64,000 nt of DNA, from positions 682,001 through 746,000 of the forward strand of contig JAQGDQ010002367.1 in assembly GCA_030141605.1 (NCBI GenBank), in the 5' to 3' direction. Below the pieces are notes generated by a model that saw only the letters and a list, made by a program, of their open reading frames with translations, did no database searches and was not told the DNA's origin. The stretch's first letter is position 1. The number at the start of each line of letters is the position of its first letter. Source of the stretch: Tubiluchus corallicola (Eukaryota > Animalia > Priapulida). A program made the position numbers and the translations under genes. Shown one piece after another: positions 1 to 10,329 of this stretch.

Positions 1-1267
1 GTGATTAGGTTTTTTTCTGATCTGAACAACACAGGCACATGCTGCCTATCAAGTATCATCCAATCACTTATGTCACTATTCAGTTCATTAAAATTTGGGT
101 TCTCCACAAATGACAATGTGATTGTCAACATTATTGAGTGCCATTTAAAAACTGTAGAACCACACAGAATGAGTTGTTTATTGTAACAAGTTCTACAGTT
201 TCAACATAAGAAAAAACTTCTAGCACGTAATGAGGTACATGTATAGTACAGGAACACTTAACTTGTATATATATATATATATATTCTTCTACTCATCACA
301 GATGACATGGTAGTTACAGATATCAGAGAAACTATGCTTGGCAATATGGCAGTGTGAATAGGCAAATTATAGTATGCCGAAAAATGTGGAGCTATGCTAA
401 AAACAAAAGACCACAAAAATGTAACAGATGTAGTAGAACATTGAATTTGGAAACTGTACTAAGCAGACTGAAATGTACATACCTAGGTTATGTTAAGTAA
501 ATATATATATATAACCTATTCATCTGGCAGTTGATGTGATAGTCATTATAAATGCACACACTGCAATTTATCAAGTTAACTTTACTTCCATGATCCTAGA
601 AAAAACCACTTTCTGGGAATTAATTTAGGTAATATTCAGCAATTTGGCATTACAGATATCACCAGTACAGGGCACACTGAACAGAACATACAGAAAAAAG
701 CATTATCGTACATGACAAGTTTTGACAATAAATAGATAAAATAATTTTACACACGATATTCTGGCTTGAGTACAGGATTACCTACCTTCCTTGAAATGAA
801 TTAGAACAAATAGACAGACCCAAAAAAGAATTGACATGTTTCCTAACCATTCATTACAAGAGGTAATTGTATCCATCACTGCTTAAGAAATAATTCCTTG
901 CATTGGGTGCAGTTATGTAAGTGCATTACGTGTACTTGTGTTGGCTCTGAGCCAAAACTAACAACACAGGTAACTAAAATTGACAAATGAAATTACTGCT
1001 GATATCCTGCATTTATTCCAAGCTCTCAGCTAATGATATCAAGTTCTGTTTCATTCAAAGACTTTACTGGTCAAAGAACTTACTGAAAAACAGAGATCAT
1101 AGAATACAGCTACTGATACTGATTAACCGAACTGATTAGCTTACAGGATACATTCTTCGTGTTCCATCTTCACATAGCTGTAGCAATGAAAACAGGAAAA
1201 AAATTTTGTTGCAACTGGGCCTTATGGCCTTTAATTTGCACTACATTCACGACGGTAACATTTTTGA

Positions 1268-4200
1268 CTATACTTGGTCTTCAAACAGCTCATTTAAATC
1301 TCCTATAGTCAGGGTGTTATAATCAGTATCAATGCTGATTGGAACTGTGGACGTAGAAGATACTGCATGCATCATATTATGCATCTTCTCTTCAATCGTG
1401 TTTCTAACCAAAAACTTATGAACATAAGTTTTCTGAGTTTGGCCAATTCTGTGAACTCTGCCAATGGCCTGCACTTCATTAGCTGGATTAAGAACAGGCT
1501 CAGTAATTAAAACATGAGCAGCTTCTATTAAATTTAAGCCTTTTGCACCTGAATGAATGGGCAGTAGCAGTGCCTTCACGCTCGGATCCTGTTTGAAAGC
1601 AGTGAGATTTTCTTCATATTTGTTATGAGCATGTAGCAATCGATAGCTGATCTTATTCTCATCTAAAGCATCTGCGATAATATTCAACACATCAGCCCAG
1701 GTGGAAAAAATAAGTGATTTAGCAGTGACATCTTCTCGTTGGATGTTTAATAAGCATCTCACTATGGCTTCTACTTTAGTAGAATGACTGCCTTGTATTG
1801 GACTACTATCTTTGTCGAACCGACTTGTACTTACATAAGATATATCTGTCAGCTGTGTTATATTACGACAGACTGCACATTTGGTCGTACGGTGGCGCCC
1901 ACCAAAACTGTACCGCTCGGCCATTATTTTAATGCAGTCAAGACAAAAGCAGTGGCCACACACCAAAACACTCCATTCAACACCCAAAGCTCTGTAACAG
2001 GTAGGGCATGTGTCTGGATTGAAACTGCCATTTTTGCCATAATCGGCTTTTTCTAGATTCTTCAAGTAATTCAGGTGACCAAGTTTGAGTTGCAATTCTT
2101 TCTCAGCCAAAATTTGATCAGATTTGAGTTGTAATTTATGCTGTTCAAGCTCAGTAGGCTCTAGAACATTCAAAGGCTGCTGAAAATCATCCTCATCACA
2201 TGTTAACTTTTGCAGCCTGTTCATCTTTGGTACCTCTTCATTAGCAAGTCGAAGCCTCAAACGTGTAGTAGCCATATTTATTTCATCTATCATACTGATA
2301 TGGTCTCTGCATGCAGTCCAAAGTGCTCGCAGACTTTTAAATTGCTTTTTCATCATTTCCAAAACCTTAAAGTGCTTTTCTGCAGCTAGTATTAACTCTT
2401 TCGGGGCTTTCTCTAATTTCACAAAATGCAGCATTATCTTTAAAGCAGTTTCTACTTCACTATCTGCCCAAGAGCCACTGCCTCTGATTTTGCTGTCAGA
2501 TAACTGTTCTTCATTCTGCTCTTGCCGTTTCACAAAGAGAAACAGCCATGCTTCATACTTTACAAAAAAATCGTCACATTTGCATAAACAACATTTTTGT
2601 GAACTTGCACCTAATGGTCGCAAATGGCATTCTACTGATTCATTAACTACTTTCTTCGTAGGATGTATATCTACAAGCTTCAAAGCTCCAAGGAGATCTT
2701 TTCTAGCTGACTCTAATTTATCAACATGACTAGCAATTACATACTGTAACTTGGTTATGCTATTTATGTCATATCTATGTAATATGCCTTGTTGCACCTT
2801 TTGTTTGGAATCTAAATCTTCCCATAGTTTTACAATGAGATCGCGTTCACGTCCACATTCTACTATCAACTCTGCTGCATCAGTCCACCAAGGATAATTC
2901 TTCATGTCACAAGATCCTGCCAAGTCATCAACATTGTTTTGTGCTAGTTGTACTTCTTTCCGTGCCTTCTCAGCATTGGTAACACACTCGTTTAGATGTT
3001 TGTCCCGTATTTCCATTGCCTGAGCATGCAACTGGTGATCTCTAAGAGTAGGTGGTATGCCTTCCTTGTGATAAGTAAGGATTTCGTGGAGATTATGGAG
3101 CGTATGCAGTTGCTGAAACGAATCTGTTTTCAGCTGCTCACTGTGTCCTTCTACAGACCTCAGCACCTCCCTGTATAATTCAGCAGCTTTCACATAATCA
3201 CCATTTATGATACTTACACCTGCCAAGCCATTGAGAGATGCAATGAGTTGCCTATGGGCATTCTCAGCTTCCAGTTGAGATTTTTTAATTAGGTTTTCTA
3301 AAAGCTCTTCCATGGTCATTGTATTTCGTTGGACATGAATGAATTGTCCTCGAACAGCTTGAGGATGACAGCAAGCCTGTCGCAGTCGCAGTAATGGATG
3401 CAACAAACGGTGCATAGTTTGTCTGTCTAGGTTAGCAAGCCGCACTTTGCTGTCATGCCATTTTGAAAGGTTTTTGTGTGCTTCCTTGCTGCACTCATTA
3501 TACTGCCTGCGGTAGAAGTGTTCCTCAACTGGAGAAAAGGTCAACCAATGCAGTTTTTCTGTTTGCAGTGGAATTTGAATTTGGTCCTCAACATCCTTCT
3601 TAGCCGTTCTCCACATAACTTTGGAAATTGCATCATACATTGGTTTTGTAACACCAGCATAGTATGGCTGAAGTAGTAGTTCTTTCCACCACACTTTTTC
3701 CCAGTAAGGATCATAGCCAAGGAACATAAATAATCCCTGTAGATCATTAATGCTATGCTGTATGGGAGTGCCTGTCACACACCACCGATTTATAGCACTA
3801 AGTTTCAGAGCCATTTTTGACATTTGTGAGTTTGCTGATTCAACCATTTGAGCCTCATCCAGACAAACCCTCCACCACTGCACAGCAGTCAAAGGGCTTG
3901 GGATAGCCATAAACCTTTTAGGATGCCGCAGACATCGCCCACCTTCCCCTTTTCCATGTGGTAAATCAACATTGTTGATTTCACGGCTGAATATTTCATA
4001 AGTTGTAAGGACTATATCGTAACTCCCCAATGTGCTAGGTTGAATAAACCCATGCTTACGAACACCTTTATAAACTAACAATTTTAAAGTATCATTTCTG
4101 ACATGCTTTTCTATTTCCTCAACCCACTGGTGGCATATAGACTTCGGAGAGACAATGAGAGTTGTTTTTGATTTTACGGGCATTTGATAAATGAGACAAT

Positions 4201-5779
4201 GCGGACACAAGTAATGCTTTTCCAAGCCATAATAATTAACACACTTGCTATGCTGCCAGCGGTAACATTGCTGGCACTGAACTTGCCTCATCTGATCATC
4301 CCAGTGTGGTACCCCACATGTGCACTCCAAAAATCCCACTTCCCTATCTGAATAACACTGAAGCACATCACTTACAAAACTGTCTTCAGCAGCTTTGGTT
4401 ACTTCACTCACAAGGAAGTCTATAGTATGACAGGCAGCATCTGTTTCACTTGTATTAATAATCGAACCTAGTCTTTTATCGATGCTTTTACTAATAAGCT
4501 TCTTGTATCTATTGGTGGTATCAGTATCGATATCACTTCTAGGATGTAAAAGAATACATGCTAGAACTTCCACTGTTTTTCCAAGTCCCATTTCATCTGC
4601 TAAGATTCCTCCATATGGCTCGGGCAACTCTAGTGGCTTCACCAAAGTGAACCCACCCGTAAATGTATTATAATACAATATCTTATTATTAAAATTCACC
4701 TCGCGATACAACATGTGCAGGTCACGGTCACTTTTTTTACAAAAAATTTTCTTCGACTCAAACCCTTCTCTATTCAACATCCATATCACAGCATCTTGTT
4801 GATAAGGGCGTAACACGGGTATCAACGCAGTGCTTTGTATGTTAATAGCAACACTTTCAGCATTCATTCTGTGTTGTTCTTTAATCGCTATAAATAATCC
4901 ACCCAGATCTGCTTTTTTTGAACTTTGTTTATAATCTGGGCAGTCAAATCCCAGCAAATGGTTAAACAGTTTTCTATTGGCTGCACGAGTCTGATAAGTA
5001 CCTTTGACTTCACTTGGATAATTCAGTTGATACAATTGGGCTTGAGTAATATATATGTCAACACGTATGGTACCAGATGTGATGTAACCAGAGTAATAAT
5101 TAGACAGCACTAATTGAAACAATTTCTCTTTCTTGAGTGGCCGAAGTAAGTCAGGTTGCAGTGTAGTAGTAATCTCCACTTGTACCAACAGCTCACCAGA
5201 GTTCATTTTATTTTCTAGATAAGCAACACATAGTTTCGAATCATTTTCATTGACGTATAAGTAAAGCTCTTCTGTATTACATAATTCAATATTACCTAAC
5301 AAATTTAGACTGAGTTCGCCTATTTTGAAAAGCATTTTACTCTCATCAGGCTCAAGATTAATCTTTAATAAAAAATGACAATCCATTAGCATAGATGAAA
5401 GTTTCAGTTTATCATGTAATGAGTTGAGCTCTTTCTTCTCGTGTATATGGATTTCCTTGCCTGCAGTACCCACATTCTGCTGTAGCAAACAACTAGCAGG
5501 CAGTAACCTCAAGGTTGACGAACCATCACTGAAAAGATTATCAGCATCTTCATCATCACCGTAATTTGTAAAATACATTGACTGCAGCTTGTAATTGTAC
5601 TTGTTTCCAGCGACAGTTGAACAGTGCACATCAGATGGCTGTTTCTCAGAAGCACATTCCAAAGCATCAACAATCCTGGAGCTTGGTGGAGCAGCAAATG
5701 TATCTGTCATGTTCCACGATAATTGCTGACGTTTTGCAGGCATTGCCTTAGTAGGGGTGCACTGCTTTCTTTTTGACAT
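1268..5779 (-). CDS. SHPRH: E3 ubiquitin ligase SHPRH (SNF2 ATPase, PHD finger, C3HC4 RING, helicase C-terminal domain), 1503 aa, CDS in a single exon
   Basis: Uninterrupted 1503-aa ORF with LRPYQQDAVIWM (Q motif), GGILADEMGLGKT (motif I), PHD (CTC...QCQQCYRWQHSKC...CPHC), CLDEAQMV (motif II), VTGTPIQ (motif III), LLRLRQACCHPQ, RING CPTC...CGHCFCLDC...CAVC and QAIGRVHRIGQ (motif VI). A splice acceptor (tttttcttgcAG, minus strand, 5823-5834) lies 43 nt upstream of the ATG, implying a 5' UTR intron. Confidence 0.95.
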   Translation of the reverse strand: MSKRKQCTPTKAMPAKRQQLSWNMTDTFAAPPSSRIVDALECASEKQPSDVHCSTVAGNKYNYKLQSMYFTNYGDDEDADNLFSDGSSTLRLLPASCLLQQNVGTAGKEIHIHEKKELNSLHDKLKLSSMLMDCHFLLKINLEPDESKMLFKIGELSLNLLGNIELCNTEELYLYVNENDSKLCVAYLENKMNSGELLVQVEITTTLQPDLLRPLKKEKLFQLVLSNYYSGYITSGTIRVDIYITQAQLYQLNYPSEVKGTYQTRAANRKLFNHLLGFDCPDYKQSSKKADLGGLFIAIKEQHRMNAESVAINIQSTALIPVLRPYQQDAVIWMLNREGFESKKIFCKKSDRDLHMLYREVNFNNKILYYNTFTGGFTLVKPLELPEPYGGILADEMGLGKTVEVLACILLHPRSDIDTDTTNRYKKLISKSIDKRLGSIINTSETDAACHTIDFLVSEVTKAAEDSFVSDVLQCYSDREVGFLECTCGVPHWDDQMRQVQCQQCYRWQHSKCVNYYGLEKHYLCPHCLIYQMPVKSKTTLIVSPKSICHQWVEEIEKHVRNDTLKLLVYKGVRKHGFIQPSTLGSYDIVLTTYEIFSREINNVDLPHGKGEGGRCLRHPKRFMAIPSPLTAVQWWRVCLDEAQMVESANSQMSKMALKLSAINRWCVTGTPIQHSINDLQGLFMFLGYDPYWEKVWWKELLLQPYYAGVTKPMYDAISKVMWRTAKKDVEDQIQIPLQTEKLHWLTFSPVEEHFYRRQYNECSKEAHKNLSKWHDSKVRLANLDRQTMHRLLHPLLRLRQACCHPQAVRGQFIHVQRNTMTMEELLENLIKKSQLEAENAHRQLIASLNGLAGVSIINGDYVKAAELYREVLRSVEGHSEQLKTDSFQQLHTLHNLHEILTYHKEGIPPTLRDHQLHAQAMEIRDKHLNECVTNAEKARKEVQLAQNNVDDLAGSCDMKNYPWWTDAAELIVECGRERDLIVKLWEDLDSKQKVQQGILHRYDINSITKLQYVIASHVDKLESARKDLLGALKLVDIHPTKKVVNESVECHLRPLGASSQKCCLCKCDDFFVKYEAWLFLFVKRQEQNEEQLSDSKIRGSGSWADSEVETALKIMLHFVKLEKAPKELILAAEKHFKVLEMMKKQFKSLRALWTACRDHISMIDEINMATTRLRLRLANEEVPKMNRLQKLTCDEDDFQQPLNVLEPTELEQHKLQLKSDQILAEKELQLKLGHLNYLKNLEKADYGKNGSFNPDTCPTCYRALGVEWSVLVCGHCFCLDCIKIMAERYSFGGRHRTTKCAVCRNITQLTDISYVSTSRFDKDSSPIQGSHSTKVEAIVRCLLNIQREDVTAKSLIFSTWADVLNIIADALDENKISYRLLHAHNKYEENLTAFKQDPSVKALLLPIHSGAKGLNLIEAAHVLITEPVLNPANEVQAIGRVHRIGQTQKTYVHKFLVRNTIEEKMHNMMHAVSSTSTVPISIDTDYNTLTIGDLNELFEDQV

Positions 5780-6095
5780 ATTGACTCTTCTTTTAGAAAG
5801 TCAGCACCACTCGGAAATATGCCTGCAAGAAAAATTGTATGAGATGCCGCTAAGGAATGCCCTACCAGAAATTTTCTAAAACTGATTATTAGCTAGGTGT
5901 CATTTAAATTATGCTTGTGGAGTTAAACCTATCGACTCAAGACTCCCAACTCCAGGAGTTCTTTTAATTTCTTCTCTGACTCGTGACTTTATAACCAAAC
6001 AGACAAGATCGTCATCATCTTCACTATCATTACCGATACATACATTTCTAATTATAAATGATGCAAGTTTTGCAAGGTAACGTTTTGCATACTTA

Positions 6096-6645
6096 CCGTA
6101 AATACTTATGTACAAGTCGATTTTTTGGAGGCGATTTTAAGGTGAAATTTTTGGGGTTGACTTATACTTTCGGTATGTTTTTGGGAGATGTCGCTAAAGA
6201 GTCGTCTACAACACATATATGTAAACAAATAATCCTTCATTATACGCTGGACTGAATGAACACTCATACTGCGATACTTCACATCACTTCACAGAATATT
6301 ACTCTAATTTATTTTAATGTATATGAGAAAGCGAGAAATTGGCGACTGAAATGTTACGACATCCTGGCTGCGATATACCAATGAGTTAAAGGCATTACAA
6401 ACAATTATGCGCAATGAAAGGCCAGGCTGCATTATCATGGATTTGAATTGAGGGCCCTCAACATGAATATATATATATATATATATATATACATCCGGTA
6501 GGTATAATATACTCGGCCCAGACACTTGCACGTATCTTACACACTAACACAGTAGGCTATTGATTTATTACTCGGCCATTGTTGACATCATTTACTCTGT
6601 AAGATCTTAATATTTTATGGTCGACTTGTACACACATATATACGG
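6096..6645. mobile_element. Non-autonomous Tc1/mariner-pogo-type MITE
   Basis: 25-bp TIRs: CCGTAAATACTTATGTACAAGTCGA (6096-6120) versus the reverse complement of TCGACTTGTACACACATATATACGG (6621-6645), 21/25 identical. TA on the left flank only; no coding capacity. Confidence 0.65.
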
Positions 6646-8015
6646 GGCCTTTACATTAATAATGGTCGGCTTAATTATGTTTAAATTCGTCGCACCTTAT
6701 TTTCGATAATATGCTCCAAATTACGGTGCTCTTAGTTTTTAGCATTTATGTTAAAGGCAGTCCTGAGCGTTTAAATCAACTAATTGTGCCTTTTCATTGT
6801 TTAGAGTTTACCAACAATTATAAATATGTTATAAAATTGACGTATACAGAGACAAATAATAAATTCTTTAATTCAATTCAAATTCAATAAAGAAAAAGTT
6901 TGTGTTTCGATTTCAATTATGCTGTTAGAGGCCTAATGCTACATTGTCTTAAAATGCATTTTGTCAAGCTGGAGTTGGTCAGATATTTACTGACTCCTTC
7001 AAAACTCCACAACCCTACCTTTTGTCTTTCACCGCCTGTATAGAACAAAATTAATATAGATCTACCAATGTCATTATTAGAGGTAAGTAAACTGATGACT
7101 CATTTTCGGAGGCATTGACTCAAGTCAAAGGTACACGAGCTGGGCACTCTGTCACAATCCAGGTCTCTATCGATTTTCACCGAGCGATCCCATATTCGAT
7201 ATGATGGATCTGAAGACTATTAATTCAGCAGACTGCAAGCCTATAATTAATGAGGGATAAGACAGTGTCGTAAAATATTAATCAGTGATATACCAGATGA
7301 CCATGAAATGTACTTTAACCCGGATAAATAATTAAATTGCTACATTTTGTCAGTTTTTGCCAGAAATAACTTTTCCCCAACAAAAAACTACACATAAAAC
7401 TTTTTTGCCAGAACATTTACTTCCCAGAAAAAAATGTTTCCCAAAACCGCCATTTCCAAGAAAATAAAATTCACAGAAAAAGTATTAAATCCTTTTTGAA
7501 GCGCAGTTAGATGATGTGAAATGAAAAGTAACTTAACTTTGATTAATAGTGATTGTATGATGAAAAAATTTGGTCAACTCAGCAAGGCAAGAAAGTAGAT
7601 TTATAACGTCATGTTAATCTTTGCATATACGCAACAATGAGTAAACACATCATGTGGTTGGCTACCAAACTGATTAGTTGGGTGACTGCTTAGGACTCTC
7701 ACTTTTGGCAGTTCCTTTCACTGCTATGCTGAATTACTTCGCTGATTTAGGGAGAATGTACATGTACAAAAACATCAACACTAAAAATACGGCACATTCT
7801 GACAGTCTGCTGCACTTTCAATGATTCTGATAGTTATTAATAACAGAGCCGTAAGGGATAGAGCAGGAGAGAGAAAAAGACTGGAGACAGATAGGGAGGG
7901 AGAGGAGAAAGGCAGAGAGGAAAAGATGAGGGGAGAAGGGAGAGAAGGAGAGGCAAACACAAAAAATCGAAAGCTTTATCTCACAAAAATTTTTCTAAAG
8001 ATGTGTCAATGCAGG

Positions 8016-9062
8016 TGTTAGGAGCCGAGTAGACCACTGAGCCAAGTAGGACACTAGAGACAGGTCGCGAATTGAGTCGTTAAGTGTACTGACACCATTC
8101 GTTGTGCTTGTTTATGTAATAATAATAATTAAAAACGTTAGTACACGTTGAATAATTTATTATACATCTAATAAAATAAAAGAATTTTATTCTGAGCTGG
8201 TAGAACGGACAATATTAAATTTGGTTTCGATATTAATGTTGTTGAAGTGAAAAAAACCACTTTTTTGCGAATTCAACATTTGTTTAAGGTATATCATTTT
8301 TGATTTTGTCTCACTTCACAAACAGGTGATCCGTTTCCCTACCTCTTGGGCAAATAATTGTTTTCTTATAAGTAAACGTTCTAGGGATCTATGTGTCCTA
8401 CATGGGCTAGCGAGCCATGTAGGACAGTGCCCTACATGTTACAATACTACTGATAATATTAAAACTAATTATCCTTGCTTTTCTTAAATGTTAAAAATTA
8501 CTTTTTGGTGTTGTGAAGGCTTAGCAGCATCTGTCTCATTTTTAAATTTGCAATTATTTCTGTAATAACTGTGTGCAAAGTTTCTCTCTTTAAAGCATTA
8601 GATACTAGGTTTAATGTTATGATGATATTAATGGAGCTAATCATAATGACGAAATTAATGTTTGACATTTTCCTGTAGTATTTTTTCAATTCTTCTCTAT
8701 TATAACCATACTGCTGAACAATGCTAGAGTGCTAAAAGAGCTGCTTTGTTACCAAACAAACTCTCGTTCAGTGAACGAGTTACAAAAGTCATCGCAAAAC
8801 AATACCTTCGTACTGCATGCTGAGTTAAACACCTGGTCAAGCAAGTTTTCATGACGCCAAACTGACGACAACTCAACCAACAAGCACAGTTTTTAATAAA
8901 ATGAAGAAACTCACAGAATTTTCAAAAATTTGACAAAATTACCGATTCTCGACAAAAATCGCTAGTGTCCTACTTGGGCTGCCAATGTAGGACACTACTT
9001 TTAGCGCATTGGTTTTACCAGAAGTGGTCTACTTGGCTCAGTGGTCTACTCGGTTTCCTACA
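8016..9062. mobile_element. Non-autonomous DNA transposon with TGT...ACA ends, ~40-bp TIRs and a 5-bp TSD (Ginger2/TDD-like)
   Basis: Left end TGTTAGGAGCCGAGTAGACCACTGAGCCAAGTAGGACACT; right end reverse-complemented TGTAGGAAACCGAGTAGACCACTGAGCCAAGTAGACCACT. GCAGG at both 8011-8015 and 9063-9067. Confidence 0.8.
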
Positions 9063-10329
9063 GCAGGTTTATTAAAGTAGACCAAGTAATTATTCGAAAT
9101 TCTTATTGATATCACCATCTTCTTCTTCATCATTATCATCACTGATAAATATAAATATGCTTATGTTTCTATTACAAATGATGCAAGTTTTGCATACTAA
9201 ATCATATCAAATCGAATTTATTTATCCCTGGCATAAAAACAAACATATTAATTATTAGTATACAAGTATAAACCATTAAAATGGGAAAGGGTGGCAAAAA
9301 ACATGATGTTACCGAATCAGCCACCATAACTTACCCAAACCAACCCACCCCAGCACACTTTACTTAGCATTTGCATTAAGAATGCTCAGCTAATTATCTT
9401 TTAATTCTTCACACCTCATTTTCGATTATATGTTCGCAGACAATTTTTATGAGACTCGCATGTTGTTTATAACAGCAAATCCTTCCTATTAAAATTTAAT
9501 GCAGGGGTTGACTGGACGCAATTAAAATAATTGTATAGCGAGTAATAATTACATTGCACTTAGATTAAAAAAGGTAACGGAAAAATGTGTATAAGCTTCC
9601 GATTGGATGCTACTTTTGCTGCTCAGTCTGGTGGTAAAAACAATTAGCCCTTTGATGAAACAAACAGTATCCTAACTCAGGGGCTGGCCCATTGAGCCAA
9701 TCCACCACAACGCATACTTGATTGTTAGACAAAAATCGATAAGGTTTTCGATAGAGTACCATACTAAACTAACAATTAAGTAAATTATAATTGTCTGGTA
9801 CCGTTCAGTGATGAATTTATTTGAAAAACACATAAATTCGTAAAGCGTTTAATAACAAAAAATGCCAACAAAACGCTGCTACCAAAAAAATATAAAATAA
9901 ACAACAGTTAATCACAATACACATGCACTCCAGTGACTTGTCTGGCCTTTGTCGCCCGTCTCCTTTGTACAATGTGGCAGATCTTCAAATGCTTTTCTTT
10001 CAGTTTGAAGATATGGTTAAGAGTTTTCATATTGTCGCGAGATTTTTTGGCTGAATACAGTCAATGAGAGATTGCTGCAAAATTTGCGAATTCATTGTAC
10101 GACAAAATAAAAGAAGAAAAATGGACCGAGAAGATGAAATGCAGAAGTCTTAACTGGGTGTGTTATACTCTGAATTTACTGGAATAAAGTCCACTTATTA
10201 AATGACATCAACAGAAAGCATACACGGAAGTAAACCAATTGCAACAAAGAGAAGGGCTCTTACAACACCGCCGCAAAGCGACAAAAGACTAGACAAGTTT
10301 GTCATCACAAAAGTCACGTCAAGTCAACA

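Noticed and set aside
1784-5697. Short ORFs overlapping SHPRH on either strand
   Set aside because: Shadow frames of the real CDS with no motifs.
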